Assembly (NCBI GenBank): GCA_963815515.1
Contig: CAWFGP010000001.1
Coordinates: 1,070,133-1,134,132 of the forward strand
Source: an uncultured Gemmatimonadales bacterium
GTDB lineage: Bacteria > Gemmatimonadota > Gemmatimonadetes > Gemmatimonadales > GWC2-71-9
Direction of reading: 5' to 3'
DNA length: 64,000 bases
Part shown: one piece after another, positions 21,844 to 31,837 of the stretch
Layout: the number at the start of each line of letters is the position of its first letter
Position numbering within the stretch: position 1 is the stretch's first letter
The notes under the pieces: generated by a model
What the model was told of the DNA's origin: nothing
Seen by the model: only the letters and a program-made list of their open reading frames with translations
Database searches by the model: none
Translations under genes and position numbers: made by a program

Positions 21844-22983
21844 TCAGCGAAGTAACGCGCCGGCGAGCGCGCCGCCCGCCACGAGCCACGAGGAATTTAC
21901 CCCGGCCCGGAGCAGGAGCACGCTGGCCGCGGCCAGGGCTCCCAGCCAGGGCGAGGTGAGCGCGTGCCGCCCCAGCTCCCAGGTGACGACGGCCATGAGG
22001 GCGACGGAACCGGCATTCACGCCGTCGAGGAAGGCGCGCGCCGGCGGCGAGCGGCGGAGCCAGGGGATGATCGCCCCGCTCACCCCGACGAGCAGGAACG
22101 CGGGGAAGAATATCCCGGCCGTAGCCACGAGGCCGCCAGGGACGCCGTGCAGCAGATACCCGATGAACGTGGCCGTCGTGAAAACCGGCCCCGGCGTGAC
22201 CTGACCCGCCGCCACCGCGTCGAGCAGCTGCGCCTCGGTGAGCCAGCCCCCGCGCTCCACCAGGCCGCCGCGGAGAAACGAGAGCAGGACGTACCCGCTG
22301 CCGTAGAGCACCGCGCCGGTCTTGAAGAAGAAGAGGAAGAGCCAGCCGAGGCCGGGAACGGCGGCGGCGGCCGGGGAGGTGGCCGGGAGCCAGGGCACGA
22401 GTGCCGTCGCACCGGCCGCCGCACCGCGCGTCCACGAGGGCATCCGGATGGCGAGCACCATGAACCCCCCGGCCAGGAGCACGACCAGCTCGTGTACACC
22501 CAGCGCCGCCAACAGCAGCGCGAGGAGTCCGACCACGAGCGCGGAGGTTGTCCGGAGCGCGGTGCGGGCGAACCCCGCCAGTGCCGTCGCCACCACCGCC
22601 ACGACGACCGGTTGGGCGCCGGCCCACGCGCCGAGCACCGCGGGAAGTCGCCCGTAGCGGACGTACGCCCAGGCGCAGGCGAGGACCAGCGCCATCGGCG
22701 GCAGGATGAAGCAGGCGCCCGCCACCAGCAGCCCCCTGGTGCCTGCCTGTCGCCGCCCGATGTGGAGCGCAAGCTCGGTCGAGTTCGGACCCGGCAGGAG
22801 ATTCAGCGCGCCGACCGCGTCCATGAGCTCTTCGTCGCTCATCCACCCGCGCCGCCGGACGACCTCATCACGCATCATCGCGATATGGGCCGCCGGTCCG
22901 CCGAAGCCCACCAGGCCCAGCTTGAGGAACAGGCGCGCGAGGTCGCGCAGATCCGACGCGCGTGATTCGATGATGGACCTCAC
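21844..22983 (-). CDS. chrA: chromate efflux transporter (long-chain CHR)
   Basis: KLGLVGFGGPAAHI, LLPGPNS, YGSGYVL, GQVTPGPVFTTATFIGY. Confidence 0.92.
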   Translation of the reverse strand: MRSIIESRASDLRDLARLFLKLGLVGFGGPAAHIAMMRDEVVRRRGWMSDEELMDAVGALNLLPGPNSTELALHIGRRQAGTRGLLVAGACFILPPMALVLACAWAYVRYGRLPAVLGAWAGAQPVVVAVVATALAGFARTALRTTSALVVGLLALLLAALGVHELVVLLAGGFMVLAIRMPSWTRGAAAGATALVPWLPATSPAAAAVPGLGWLFLFFFKTGAVLYGSGYVLLSFLRGGLVERGGWLTEAQLLDAVAAGQVTPGPVFTTATFIGYLLHGVPGGLVATAGIFFPAFLLVGVSGAIIPWLRRSPPARAFLDGVNAGSVALMAVVTWELGRHALTSPWLGALAAASVLLLRAGVNSSWLVAGGALAGALLR

Positions 22984-22984
22984 A

Positions 22985-23031
22985 GGACAGAATGGCTTGC
23001 GGACGCCGAGGCGCGGGACAGAACGTCCCGC
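22985..23031. promoter_or_regulatory. putative enhancer (UAS) pair for a sigma-54 activator
   Basis: GGACAGAATGGCT (22985-22997) and GGGACAGAACGTCCC (23015-23029); the same motif recurs at 27070-27099. Confidence 0.55.
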
Positions 23032-23081
23032 GCCACCACCGGAACGCGCGAAATCTGCCGACGGACTCGGCCTTTGACCAT

Positions 23082-23096
23082 TGGCCGTATTCTTGC
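23082..23096 (+). promoter_or_regulatory. sigma-54 (-24/-12) promoter
   Basis: TGGCCGTATTCTTGC with GG-N10-GC spacing. Confidence 0.65.
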
Positions 23097-23254
23097 CCCC
23101 TGCCCGCGCATGCCCAGATCCCGTGAGGCCCGAGACCTTCGGCCACGGCTAGATTCCGGCATTGCCGGCCGACCGCCAAGCCGCTGCCCGGCCTCACGGA
23201 GGACTGCCGTACGATGGGTTACGAACCTCGACTGCCCGACGGCCACGACCGCGC

Positions 23255-24175
23255 GTGACGCGCCCTCGATGGCTGCAGCGCCCCCGATGGTTGTGGATCG
23301 TCGTCCTGGTCCTGGTCATCGCGGCGCTGCACTATGCAGCGCGGTTTCCCTGGCTCGTCACCTGGAACACGCTCGCCGGGGCGGACTGGGCACTCCTGGC
23401 CGCCGCCGGCGCGATCAACCTGTTGTCTCTCGCGGTCAAGGCCTGGGCCTGGCAGTTGCTCGTGCGGCCGTTCGGCCCGCTCACCTTCCGGACCGCGCAG
23501 GCCGCCACCTTCGCGGGTGCGGCGATCAACGCGATCGGCGTCGCGATGAGCGGTGAGGCCGGCCGCATCCACCTCGCGTCGAGCCGGGACGGTGTCACCG
23601 CCGGACTCGCGATGCGCTCGGTCGTGGCCAGCCGCATCGTCGAGGCCGCAGCGCTCGGCATCTTCCTGCTCGGGGTGGTCGCGGGCGTTGCCTCGGAGCA
23701 CGGCTGGCGTCTCCTCGGCGGGGGCGTGCTGCTCATCGGGGGCGCCCTCGCGCTGCTGCGCTGGATCCCGTGGCTCCGGCCCGGACGCGGCGAGGGCGCG
23801 GCGCCGGGCTGGACCACGGCACAGCTCGCGGCGCCGCTCGCACTCAACGTCGGCTCGTGGGGACTGCAGTGGGCCACGTATCACTGGTCGATCGTCGCCA
23901 CCGGCGCGATGGTCACGCCCGCCCTGTCGGTCCTCGCGCTGGTGCTCTCCAACGTCGGCGGCATCCTCCGTCTCACCCCGGGCAACGTGGGCGTGGTGCA
24001 GGGCGCGGTGGTCCTCGGACTCCGGCCGGCGGGCATCGAGGCCTCGCGCGCGGTGGCCGCGGGGGTGGCGCTCCAGGCCGTCCAGGTCCTGCCCGTGCTG
24101 GTGGTGGGCGTGGGCCTGCTGGGACGCCACGGGATGCGCGAGATGGCTCGGCGCCGGGCGGTGGAGCCGGTCTGA
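23255..24175 (+). CDS. lysylphosphatidylglycerol synthase TM domain (flippase-like) protein
   Basis: Multi-TM; KAWAWQLL, GEAGRI, SRIVE, LTPGNVGVVQ; GTG start assumed. Confidence 0.8.
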   Translation: MTRPRWLQRPRWLWIVVLVLVIAALHYAARFPWLVTWNTLAGADWALLAAAGAINLLSLAVKAWAWQLLVRPFGPLTFRTAQAATFAGAAINAIGVAMSGEAGRIHLASSRDGVTAGLAMRSVVASRIVEAAALGIFLLGVVAGVASEHGWRLLGGGVLLIGGALALLRWIPWLRPGRGEGAAPGWTTAQLAAPLALNVGSWGLQWATYHWSIVATGAMVTPALSVLALVLSNVGGILRLTPGNVGVVQGAVVLGLRPAGIEASRAVAAGVALQAVQVLPVLVVGVGLLGRHGMREMARRRAVEPV

Positions 24176-25629
24176 TGCCGATGGGCCTGCCTCGCCGGCT
24201 GGCGGTGCTCACGGCCGCGATGGCGATCGTGCTCGTCACCGGCGCCACCGAGATCGCGCTGTGGTGGTCGGCGCGCACCCGGCTCGAAGATTTCCGGCTG
24301 GAGACGGTGACCCTCGCCAACACGCTCGCCACGCTGCTGGTCCGCAGCGCGCCGCACGGCGAGGCCACGGGCCTCACGCAGGGGATCGAGGGATGGTCGC
24401 GCCACCGGGGCACCGAGTCCCAGGCCATGGTCTACGTGTTCCGCGGCTCGCGGCTGGCGCCCGCGGCGGCAAGCGGTCTCCCGGACTCGACCCCGGCCGG
24501 ACGCTGGGCCTACGCCGCCTTCACCCGCCGCGCGCCGGAGGTGCACCTGCACCGGGGGTCAGCGCCGGCATGGGAGGTGGTGCTGCCGCTCGGAATGCCG
24601 CGGCCCTTTGGAGTGCTCGACGTGCGGGTCTCGACCCGCCGCCTGCAGGACTGGGCGCGGCTCGAGCGCCAGCGGGCCTATCTGCTCGCCCTGTTGTCGG
24701 CCCTGCTCGTCGCGCTGTTCGTGGCGGTGATGACGGCGCGCTGGGTCGGGCGGCCGCTGGCGGCCCTGGGGACGGCCATGGCCGCCGCGCACGGCGGCGC
24801 CACCGGGGCGCCCGCCGCGCCGGAGATCGGTCCGCCGGAATTTCGCGAGCTCACGCGCCGGTACAACCGGATGCGCGAGGCCCTGGCCGCGCGCGAGCGG
24901 GAGAGCGCCGCGCGCGCGATGCTGCTCACGCTCGAGGAGCGCGCCCGCGGGCTCGACCGGCTCGCGCTCATGCACGAGACGGCGGCGGTCTTCGCCCACG
25001 AGATCGGGACGCCGCTCAACACGGTCAGCGGCCACCTGCAGCTGCTCCGGGACGACCTCGAGGCCCAGCATGATCCCAGGGGCATCGAGCGCGCGCGGCT
25101 GCTGCTCGCGCAGGTGGATCGGGTCGCGGGGATCGTCCGCGCGGGACTCGACCGCGGGCCCTGGCCCACACCGCTGCGGCAGCGGGAGGACCTCAACGCC
25201 ATCGCGCTCCGGATGACCCGGTTTCTCGAGCCGTCGCTCAGCGACGCGCGCGTCCGGACGCACTTCCTCCAGGACGGCGGCCAGCCGGTGCTCGCCACCT
25301 GCGATCCGGCCATGGTCGAGCAGATCCTGCTCAACCTCCTCAAGAACGCCCTCGAGGCGCTGCCCGGCGGGGGGACGGTCACGATCGCCACCGGCCGCGC
25401 CGACCACCAGGCCTACATCGACATCCAGGACGACGGCCCCGGCCTCGACGCCGAAGCGGCCTCCAATCTGTTCCGGCCGTTCTCGACCACGAAGGGGCCG
25501 CTGGGCACCGGACTGGGCCTCGCGGTCAGCCGGCGCCTGGCCCGGATGCTCGGCGGAGATCTGGTCCACGTGCCCAGCGCGCGAGGCGTGCGCTGGCGGC
25601 TCACTCTCCCGCTCGAGGAGACCGCATGA
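24175..25629 (+). CDS. membrane sensor histidine kinase
   Basis: Two TMs, HAMP, FAHEIGTPLN (H box), QILLNLLKNA, DDGPG, GTGLGL. Confidence 0.93.
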   Translation: MPMGLPRRLAVLTAAMAIVLVTGATEIALWWSARTRLEDFRLETVTLANTLATLLVRSAPHGEATGLTQGIEGWSRHRGTESQAMVYVFRGSRLAPAAASGLPDSTPAGRWAYAAFTRRAPEVHLHRGSAPAWEVVLPLGMPRPFGVLDVRVSTRRLQDWARLERQRAYLLALLSALLVALFVAVMTARWVGRPLAALGTAMAAAHGGATGAPAAPEIGPPEFRELTRRYNRMREALAARERESAARAMLLTLEERARGLDRLALMHETAAVFAHEIGTPLNTVSGHLQLLRDDLEAQHDPRGIERARLLLAQVDRVAGIVRAGLDRGPWPTPLRQREDLNAIALRMTRFLEPSLSDARVRTHFLQDGGQPVLATCDPAMVEQILLNLLKNALEALPGGGTVTIATGRADHQAYIDIQDDGPGLDAEAASNLFRPFSTTKGPLGTGLGLAVSRRLARMLGGDLVHVPSARGVRWRLTLPLEETA

Positions 25630-27068
25630 CGACCCTGCCGTCACCGCGCCACGCCCGGCTGCTGCTGGTGGACGACGACGAAGAGGCCTGCCGGCTGCTC
25701 GCCGAGGTGCTGGAGCGCGAGGCGTACGAGGTCGTTCCGGCTCTCTCCGCCGACGAGGCGCTGGCCAAGGTCGAGGCGGCGGGACCGTTCGACGCCGTGC
25801 TGACCGATCTGCGCATGCCCGAGAAGAGCGGCCTCGACCTGCTCCGGGTGCTGCGGGAGCGGGACCCGGGGGCTCTGGTGCTGGTATTGACCGCCTTCGG
25901 GGATGCGACCGCCGCGGGCGAGGCCATCCGTGCGGGAGCGTACGACTTCATCAGCAAGCCGTACGATCTGGCTGCGCTGCGGGAGACCCTCGCCCGCTCG
26001 CTCGAACGCCGGAAGATGGCCGGGCTGCGCCGGGATGGCGGCACCGGGCCCGCCTCCCCCGGCGGCCCGGCCGGGGGTCCGGCGCTCGTCGGCCACAGTC
26101 CGGCGATCATCGAGGTGATGAAGACGCTGGCGCGCGTGGCGCCCTCCCAGGCCACCGTGCTGGTCTTCGGCGAGACCGGCACGGGCAAGGAGCTGGTGGC
26201 CCGGACGCTCCACCGCTTTTCCGCCCGGGCGGATCAGCGCTTCGTCGCGGTCAACTGCTCCGCCCTCGCGGAAGGGCTGCTGGAGAGCGAGCTGTTCGGC
26301 CACGTGCGTGGCGCATTCACCGGCGCCGCCACCGCTCGGCCCGGGCTCTTCCGCGAGGCGGACCGCGGCACCCTGTTCCTGGATGAGATCGGCGACATCT
26401 CTCCGGCGCTCCAGGCGCGGCTGCTGCGCGCCCTCCAGGAGCACGAGATCGTGCCGGTGGGCTCGGAAGCCGCGGTGCGGGTGGACGTGCGGGTGCTGGC
26501 GGCCACGCACCGGGACCTGCCGGACCTGGTCCGGCAGGGACGCTTCCGTGAGGATCTCTACTACCGGCTCAACGTCGTGACGCTCACGCTGCCGCCGCTC
26601 CGCGCGCGGCGGCAGGACATCCCGCTCCTGATCGACCATTTCCTGCGCGAGCTGACGTCGCGCCATGGCCGCGGACCGGTCGCGGTGGATCCCGAGGCGC
26701 AGCGCCGGCTGCTGGCGTACGAATGGCCGGGAAACATCCGCGAGCTGCAGAACGTGCTCGAGCGCGCCATGCTGCTCGCGGAGCAGGACGTCATCGGTCC
26801 GGAGCACCTGACACCGATGGTGCGCGGCGCCGCCGCATCGGCGCCCGATGCGCTGCAGGCGCGGCCCGCGGGCGTCGATCTCGATCTCGAAGCACCAGAT
26901 GGGGAGGAGCCACTCCAGTCGCTGGACGAGGTCGACCGCCGGCACGTACTGCACGTGCTGACGGTCCTGCGGGGCAACCGCGACGAGACCTCCCGGGTCC
27001 TCGGCATCAGCCGGCGCACGTTGAGCCGCATGATCCAACGCTGGGACCTGCCCCGCCGCTTCGACTGA
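25626..27068 (+). CDS. NtrC-family sigma-54-dependent response regulator
   Basis: Receiver domain (VDDD..TDLRMP), GETGTGKE, GAFTGA, LFLDEI, WPGNIREL, Fis-type HTH. Confidence 0.95.
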   Translation: MTTLPSPRHARLLLVDDDEEACRLLAEVLEREAYEVVPALSADEALAKVEAAGPFDAVLTDLRMPEKSGLDLLRVLRERDPGALVLVLTAFGDATAAGEAIRAGAYDFISKPYDLAALRETLARSLERRKMAGLRRDGGTGPASPGGPAGGPALVGHSPAIIEVMKTLARVAPSQATVLVFGETGTGKELVARTLHRFSARADQRFVAVNCSALAEGLLESELFGHVRGAFTGAATARPGLFREADRGTLFLDEIGDISPALQARLLRALQEHEIVPVGSEAAVRVDVRVLAATHRDLPDLVRQGRFREDLYYRLNVVTLTLPPLRARRQDIPLLIDHFLRELTSRHGRGPVAVDPEAQRRLLAYEWPGNIRELQNVLERAMLLAEQDVIGPEHLTPMVRGAAASAPDALQARPAGVDLDLEAPDGEEPLQSLDEVDRRHVLHVLTVLRGNRDETSRVLGISRRTLSRMIQRWDLPRRFD

Positions 27069-27069
27069 A

Positions 27070-27099
27070 GCCACTCTGTCCCGCGCAGGACAGAGTGGC
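27070..27099. promoter_or_regulatory. inverted repeat, putative enhancer (UAS)
   Basis: GCCACTCTGTCC-6 nt-GGACAGAGTGGC; no U tract; 55-85 bp upstream of a -24 element. Confidence 0.55.
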
Positions 27100-27152
27100 G
27101 CGCCATCGCTCGCGCTCCCTCCTCGAGGCACCGTCGCCGGCGTGATCCCCGC

Positions 27153-27167
27153 TGGCATGTGGATTGC
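27153..27167 (+). promoter_or_regulatory. sigma-54 (-24/-12) promoter
   Basis: TGGCATGTGGATTGC, near-consensus TGGCAC-N5-TTGC. Confidence 0.75.
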
Positions 27168-27232
27168 CCTTTCTCCGGACGTCCACGCAGCCGCCCACAC
27201 CGGACGGTCGCCGTACTCCAGAGGAGGACCTC

Positions 27233-27610
27233 ATGCTTCGATCACTCGCCCTTGCTTCCGCCCTCGCCCTGGCCACCCTCTCCGCGAGCGCGCTCGCGGC
27301 CCAGACTTCCGCGGCCCCGACCAAGCCGTCGGCGTCACCCACGAGTCCTGCTCCCACCGTTCACGCGAAGCTCGACTCGACCAGCACCTCCGCGATGAAC
27401 AAGTCGGCGACCAAGTCCATGACGTGGACCACCGATCAGATCAAGGAGGCCCAGGAGGGTCTCGCCAAGGCCGGGCTCTACAAGGGCAAGCCCACGGGCC
27501 AGTTCAACGCCGATACCCGGAAGGCGCTCAAGAAGTACCAGAAGGAAAACAAGCTGCCGGTGACCGGCCGGCTGGACAACCGAGTGCTCGCCAAGCTCAA
27601 GTCCGCCTGA
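27233..27610 (+). CDS. secreted peptidoglycan-binding domain protein
   Basis: GAGGAGG RBS, signal peptide ending ALA-A, IKEAQEGLAKAGLY..TRKALKKYQKENKLPVTGRLD (PG_binding_1-like). Confidence 0.88.
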   Translation: MLRSLALASALALATLSASALAAQTSAAPTKPSASPTSPAPTVHAKLDSTSTSAMNKSATKSMTWTTDQIKEAQEGLAKAGLYKGKPTGQFNADTRKALKKYQKENKLPVTGRLDNRVLAKLKSA

Positions 27611-27637
27611 ACCGATCGACGTTCCGCGCTCCCCTGA

Positions 27638-27659
27638 CGCCCCTCCGCGAGGAGGGGCG
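27638..27659. terminator. hairpin between convergent genes
   Basis: CGCCCCTCC-GCGA-GGAGGGGCG, GNRA loop, no U tract. Confidence 0.5.
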
Positions 27660-27660
27660 C

Positions 27661-29298
27661 TCAGCGAGCCGGCCAGCGTCGCCGGAATCGAAGCGGGTTC
27701 TGGAAGAGGTGGGTCGGGAGGAGGAAGATGACGAGGAACATGCCGAAGGCGACGAGCAATCCGAGGACCAGCACCTCGAGCCGCCGCGTCGCCAGATAGA
27801 CGACGCTCGCGATGACGGCCACGGTGAACGCGAACAGCGCCAGCAGCGCCCGCCGCACCTGCTGGGCCAGGAACCGCTGGAGCTCGAGGGTGTCGCGCGG
27901 ATGCCAGCGGACCCGCAGCTCGTCCCGCTCGACCCGGCGAACGAGGTCGCGAAGGGTCCGCGCGAGCGTGAACGCCTCCTGGGTCCAGTCGGTGACCCGG
28001 GTGCGCGGGTCCTGCTCCAGCACTCCCTGAATCAGCCGCTTGGCCGAGCGCGCGAGCACCGGCCGTGCCATCGCGAGCACGTTGAAGTTGGGATCGTAGC
28101 GGAGCCCGATCCCCTCGACCAGCACGCCCGCCCGGCCGAAGTAGACCAGGTTGGACGGCAGCATGAGCGGCCACTCGTAGAACGTGTCCAGCACCTGCTC
28201 GACCAGCCGCTGGATCTGCCGCGGCGAGGTGTCGTCCCTGAGGGAGACCGCCATGAGGCTCTGCGCGGCGTCGCGCACGGTGCCGCGGTCCACGTCGGGG
28301 TCGAGGATGCCGAGCTCGTAGAAGCCGTTGATGACCCCGTCCACGTCCTGGCGCGCGGCGGCGAGCACCGTTTCGACCAGCCGCCGCCGGGTGTCGCGCT
28401 CCACCTGCAGCACCATGCCGAAGTCGAGCAGGACGAGACGCCCCTGCGGGTCGACCAGCAGGTTGCCGGCGTGGGGATCGGCGTGGAAGACACCGTCCTC
28501 GAGCATCATCTTGATGTAGGCGTCGACCACGGTCTCGACCAGCCGCTGGAGGTCGAGCTCGCCCGCGGCCAGCCGCTCGTGCAGCCGGTCGATCCGGGTG
28601 CCCTCCACGTACTCCAGGACCAGCACGCGGCGGGTCACCAGCTCGGCCACCACCTCCGGCACCACTACCCGCGGCTCGTTCTGGAAGTTCCGGCGCAGCA
28701 GGCCCGCGTTGCGGGCCTCCTCCCGAAAATCGAGCTCGTCGCGGATGCGCTTGGAGAACTCGCTCACGATCGCGGTGATCGCGCGCGTGTGGTGGTTGGG
28801 AAACAGCAGGTTGAGCAGGAACAGAATCCGGAACGAGACGTCGAGGTCCTCCGCGACGAGCTCCTCGACGCCCGGGCGGAGAACCTTCACCACGACCTCG
28901 CGGCCGGCATACGACGCCCGGTGCACCTGGCCCAGCGAGGCCGCCGCGAGCGGCTCCGGCTCGAACCGCCCGAACACCTGGTCCACGTCGCGCCCCAGCT
29001 CCTCGCGCACCACCCGCTCGGCCACGCCCGGCGGCAGCGGCGGAACCTGGTCGGTGAGGGTGGCGATGGCGCTGAGATACGGCTCGGGCAGGATGTCCGC
29101 CCGGGTGGCGAACACCTGGGCCAGCTTGATGAAGGTGGGGCCGAGCTCGGCGAGCGTGCTGGTCAGGCGCTCGGCGCGGAGCCGGTGGCGCTCGGCGTCC
29201 CGGCGCCGGGGCCGCCCGAGCACGAGGAAGCGGCGCCGGTCCCACATGAACGCCAAGACGAACGGAAGCAGCCGGCCGAAGATGACGAGGGCGCGCAC
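27661..29298 (-). CDS. AarF/UbiB/ABC1 family atypical kinase
   Basis: LGPTFIKLAQ, AAASLGQVH, VKVLRP, FHADPHAGN, LDFGM. Confidence 0.92.
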   Translation of the reverse strand: MRALVIFGRLLPFVLAFMWDRRRFLVLGRPRRRDAERHRLRAERLTSTLAELGPTFIKLAQVFATRADILPEPYLSAIATLTDQVPPLPPGVAERVVREELGRDVDQVFGRFEPEPLAAASLGQVHRASYAGREVVVKVLRPGVEELVAEDLDVSFRILFLLNLLFPNHHTRAITAIVSEFSKRIRDELDFREEARNAGLLRRNFQNEPRVVVPEVVAELVTRRVLVLEYVEGTRIDRLHERLAAGELDLQRLVETVVDAYIKMMLEDGVFHADPHAGNLLVDPQGRLVLLDFGMVLQVERDTRRRLVETVLAAARQDVDGVINGFYELGILDPDVDRGTVRDAAQSLMAVSLRDDTSPRQIQRLVEQVLDTFYEWPLMLPSNLVYFGRAGVLVEGIGLRYDPNFNVLAMARPVLARSAKRLIQGVLEQDPRTRVTDWTQEAFTLARTLRDLVRRVERDELRVRWHPRDTLELQRFLAQQVRRALLALFAFTVAVIASVVYLATRRLEVLVLGLLVAFGMFLVIFLLPTHLFQNPLRFRRRWPAR

Positions 29299-29309
29299 CT
29301 AGCGCGGCC

Positions 29310-30650
29310 TCACAGCAGCAGCCATCCCGCCAATCCCAGCAGGAGGAGAAAGCCGCAGACGTCGGTAAAGGTGGTGACGAAGATCGAGGAGGCGATGGCC
29401 GGGTCGATCCGGTAGCGCTCGAGCACGACCGGGATGAACCCGCCCGCGAACCCGGCCACCAGGAGATTCCCCGACATGGCGAGGAAGACCACGATGCCGA
29501 GGCGGCTCTGGTCGTTGCCCATCAGCATCGCGACCAGGCCCACCACCCCGCCGATGGCGAGTCCGTTCACCATCCCCACCAGCACTTCCTTGCCGACCAC
29601 GCGGGCAAACACGTGGCTCGGTATCTGCCCCAGCGCGAGCCGGCGCACCGTGACCGCCAGCGCCTGGGTGCCCGCGTTCCCGCCCATCCCCGCGATGATC
29701 GGCATCCAGACCGCGAGCGCCACCGTGCGCTGCACCGTATCCTGGAAGACGTAGACCACGCCGCCCGCCAGGAACGCGGTGAGCAGATTGACATAGAGCC
29801 ACGGGAGCCGGCTCCGCACCGCTTCCCGCCAGCCTGCGGCCAGCAGCTCGCTCGCCGGCACGCCGCCGAACTTGAGGAGGTCCTCGGTCGTCTCGGCCTC
29901 CACGACGTCGATGACGTCGTCGAAGGTGATGCGGCCGAGCAGCCGGCCATGGTCGTCGACCACCGCGACGCTCGGCAGGTTGTAGCGCGCGAGGATCCGG
30001 GCCACGTCCTCCTGGTCGGCCTCGGGCGAGACCGAGACGTCGGCGGGCGCCATGAAGTCGCGCACCCGGCGATCGGGACGGCTGATCACCAGGTCCTTGA
30101 ATGGCAGCGTTCCAATGAGGCGCCGGTCGCTGTCGACCACGAACACCTGGTAGAAGTCCTCGGCTTCCGCCGCCTGGCGACGGATCTCTTCCAGCGCCTC
30201 CGCCACGGTGGCCGTGTCGCGCACGGTCACCGTCTGGGACGTCATCCGGCCGCCGGCGGTCTCCTCGTCGTACCGCAGCAGCCGGTCGACGACGGCCCGG
30301 TGCTCGAGCGTCGAGAGGATCCGCTCCTGGTCCGCCGGCGGAAGCTCGCCGAGGATGTCGGCCGCATCGTCGTCGTCCAGCTCGTCGACGATCTCCGCCG
30401 CCTGCTCCGGGGCCAGGGCCGCGAGCGTGGTCTCGGCGTGCTCCTCTTCGGGCATCTCGGCCAGCGCCTGGCTCGAGAGCTCGGCCGGCAGGGCCTTCAC
30501 GACCGTCAGCCGGTCCCGCTCGTCCAGGGCGGAGAGGACGTCGGCGAGGTCGGCGGGCTCGAACTCGTGGGCACGGCGGACGAACGTCGCGAGCTCGCCG
30601 GTTCGCACCAGGTCGACCATCCGCCCGACCTTATCGTCGGGCGCGGTCAC
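29310..30650 (-). CDS. mgtE: magnesium transporter MgtE
   Basis: YDEETAGGRM, CBS pair, RLPWL, GMGGNAGTQ, DPAIASSIFVTTFTD. Confidence 0.95.
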   Translation of the reverse strand: MTAPDDKVGRMVDLVRTGELATFVRRAHEFEPADLADVLSALDERDRLTVVKALPAELSSQALAEMPEEEHAETTLAALAPEQAAEIVDELDDDDAADILGELPPADQERILSTLEHRAVVDRLLRYDEETAGGRMTSQTVTVRDTATVAEALEEIRRQAAEAEDFYQVFVVDSDRRLIGTLPFKDLVISRPDRRVRDFMAPADVSVSPEADQEDVARILARYNLPSVAVVDDHGRLLGRITFDDVIDVVEAETTEDLLKFGGVPASELLAAGWREAVRSRLPWLYVNLLTAFLAGGVVYVFQDTVQRTVALAVWMPIIAGMGGNAGTQALAVTVRRLALGQIPSHVFARVVGKEVLVGMVNGLAIGGVVGLVAMLMGNDQSRLGIVVFLAMSGNLLVAGFAGGFIPVVLERYRIDPAIASSIFVTTFTDVCGFLLLLGLAGWLLL

Positions 30651-31837
30651 GAGGCGCCCGGCAGGAGCGTCACGGCGGGGGTGGCGCCCGAGCGGATGAG
30701 CAGGCGCTCGATGCGGGTGGGCGAGGCCTCGAGGACGTCGAACTCGAGCCCGCGGATGGTGAATCGCTCGCCGGCGTTGGGGATCCGCCCCGCCCACTCG
30801 GCGAGGAGCCCGGCCACCGTCGTGGACCGGCCCTCGGGGAGCGACACGCCGAAGCGCTCCTCGATCGCCTCGGGCGAAACGTTCCCGTCGGTCTCGAACA
30901 GCGCGGGCCCGGACGCGGGGGTCGCTCGCACCTCGTCGTCGTGTTCGTCGAAGATCTCGCCGACCAGCTCCTCGAGCAGGTCCTCGAGGGTGGCGATGCC
31001 GAGGGTCCCGCCGAACTCGTCGAGCACGACGGCCAGGTGGCGGCGCTCGCGCTGCATGTCGAGCAACAGGTCCCCGCAGCTCCGGCTGGCCGGCGTCACG
31101 GCGACCGGGCGCACCGGCAGCGGGTCCCCCGGCTGCAGCCGGAACAGATCGAACGCGTGCAGCATCCCGATGATGTCGTCGAGCGTCTCGCGGAAGACGG
31201 GGATGCGGCTGTAGCCGCTCTGGGCGAACACCATGCGGATGTCGTCGAGCGCCGCGTGCTCGTCGATGGCCACGATGTCGGTTCGCGGCGTCATGACCTC
31301 GCGGACCGGCCGGACGCTGAACGCCATGACCCCGCCGACGAGCTGGAGCTCATCGTCCGCGCGGAGTCCGACCGCGGCGCCCTCGCGCCAGATGGAGCGC
31401 AGGTCCGTGGGCCGGGTCGCGGTTCGCGCTGGCAGCAGCAGCCCGACCACGCGGGACCACAGCCGGAGCGGCGGGATGACCCGGTCGGCCACGGTTTCGG
31501 CGCGCGGTTGCGTGAGCCAGCGGGGCACCAGGTAAGCCGCGAACAGCACGAGGGGGACGCCGAGCACCGCGAGCGCCACCACCAGGCGGGGTGCGCCCGA
31601 TCCGGCCAGGCCGGGCAACGCGGCGCCCACGATCAGCACACCCAGCGAGGTCGTGGCCGACGCGCTCGTGAGGTAGTAGTCGACCTGCGTGAGCCAGACG
31701 AGCGACGGCGTGCCGCCGCGGAGCCGCCGGCTCACCGCGCGCGTGAGCTCCGCGCGGCTCACGGTGATGAGCGCCGCGCCGGCGGTAGCGCCGAAGGCCG
31801 CCACCGCGAGCCCGACGGCGATGGCCAGCCAGATCAT
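30647..31837 (-). CDS. CNNM/CorC (hemolysin family) CBS-domain protein
   Basis: N-terminal TMs, VREVMTPRTDI, GYSRIPV, DEFGGTLGIATLEDLLEELVGEI. Confidence 0.9.
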   Translation of the reverse strand: MIWLAIAVGLAVAAFGATAGAALITVSRAELTRAVSRRLRGGTPSLVWLTQVDYYLTSASATTSLGVLIVGAALPGLAGSGAPRLVVALAVLGVPLVLFAAYLVPRWLTQPRAETVADRVIPPLRLWSRVVGLLLPARTATRPTDLRSIWREGAAVGLRADDELQLVGGVMAFSVRPVREVMTPRTDIVAIDEHAALDDIRMVFAQSGYSRIPVFRETLDDIIGMLHAFDLFRLQPGDPLPVRPVAVTPASRSCGDLLLDMQRERRHLAVVLDEFGGTLGIATLEDLLEELVGEIFDEHDDEVRATPASGPALFETDGNVSPEAIEERFGVSLPEGRSTTVAGLLAEWAGRIPNAGERFTIRGLEFDVLEASPTRIERLLIRSGATPAVTLLPGAS

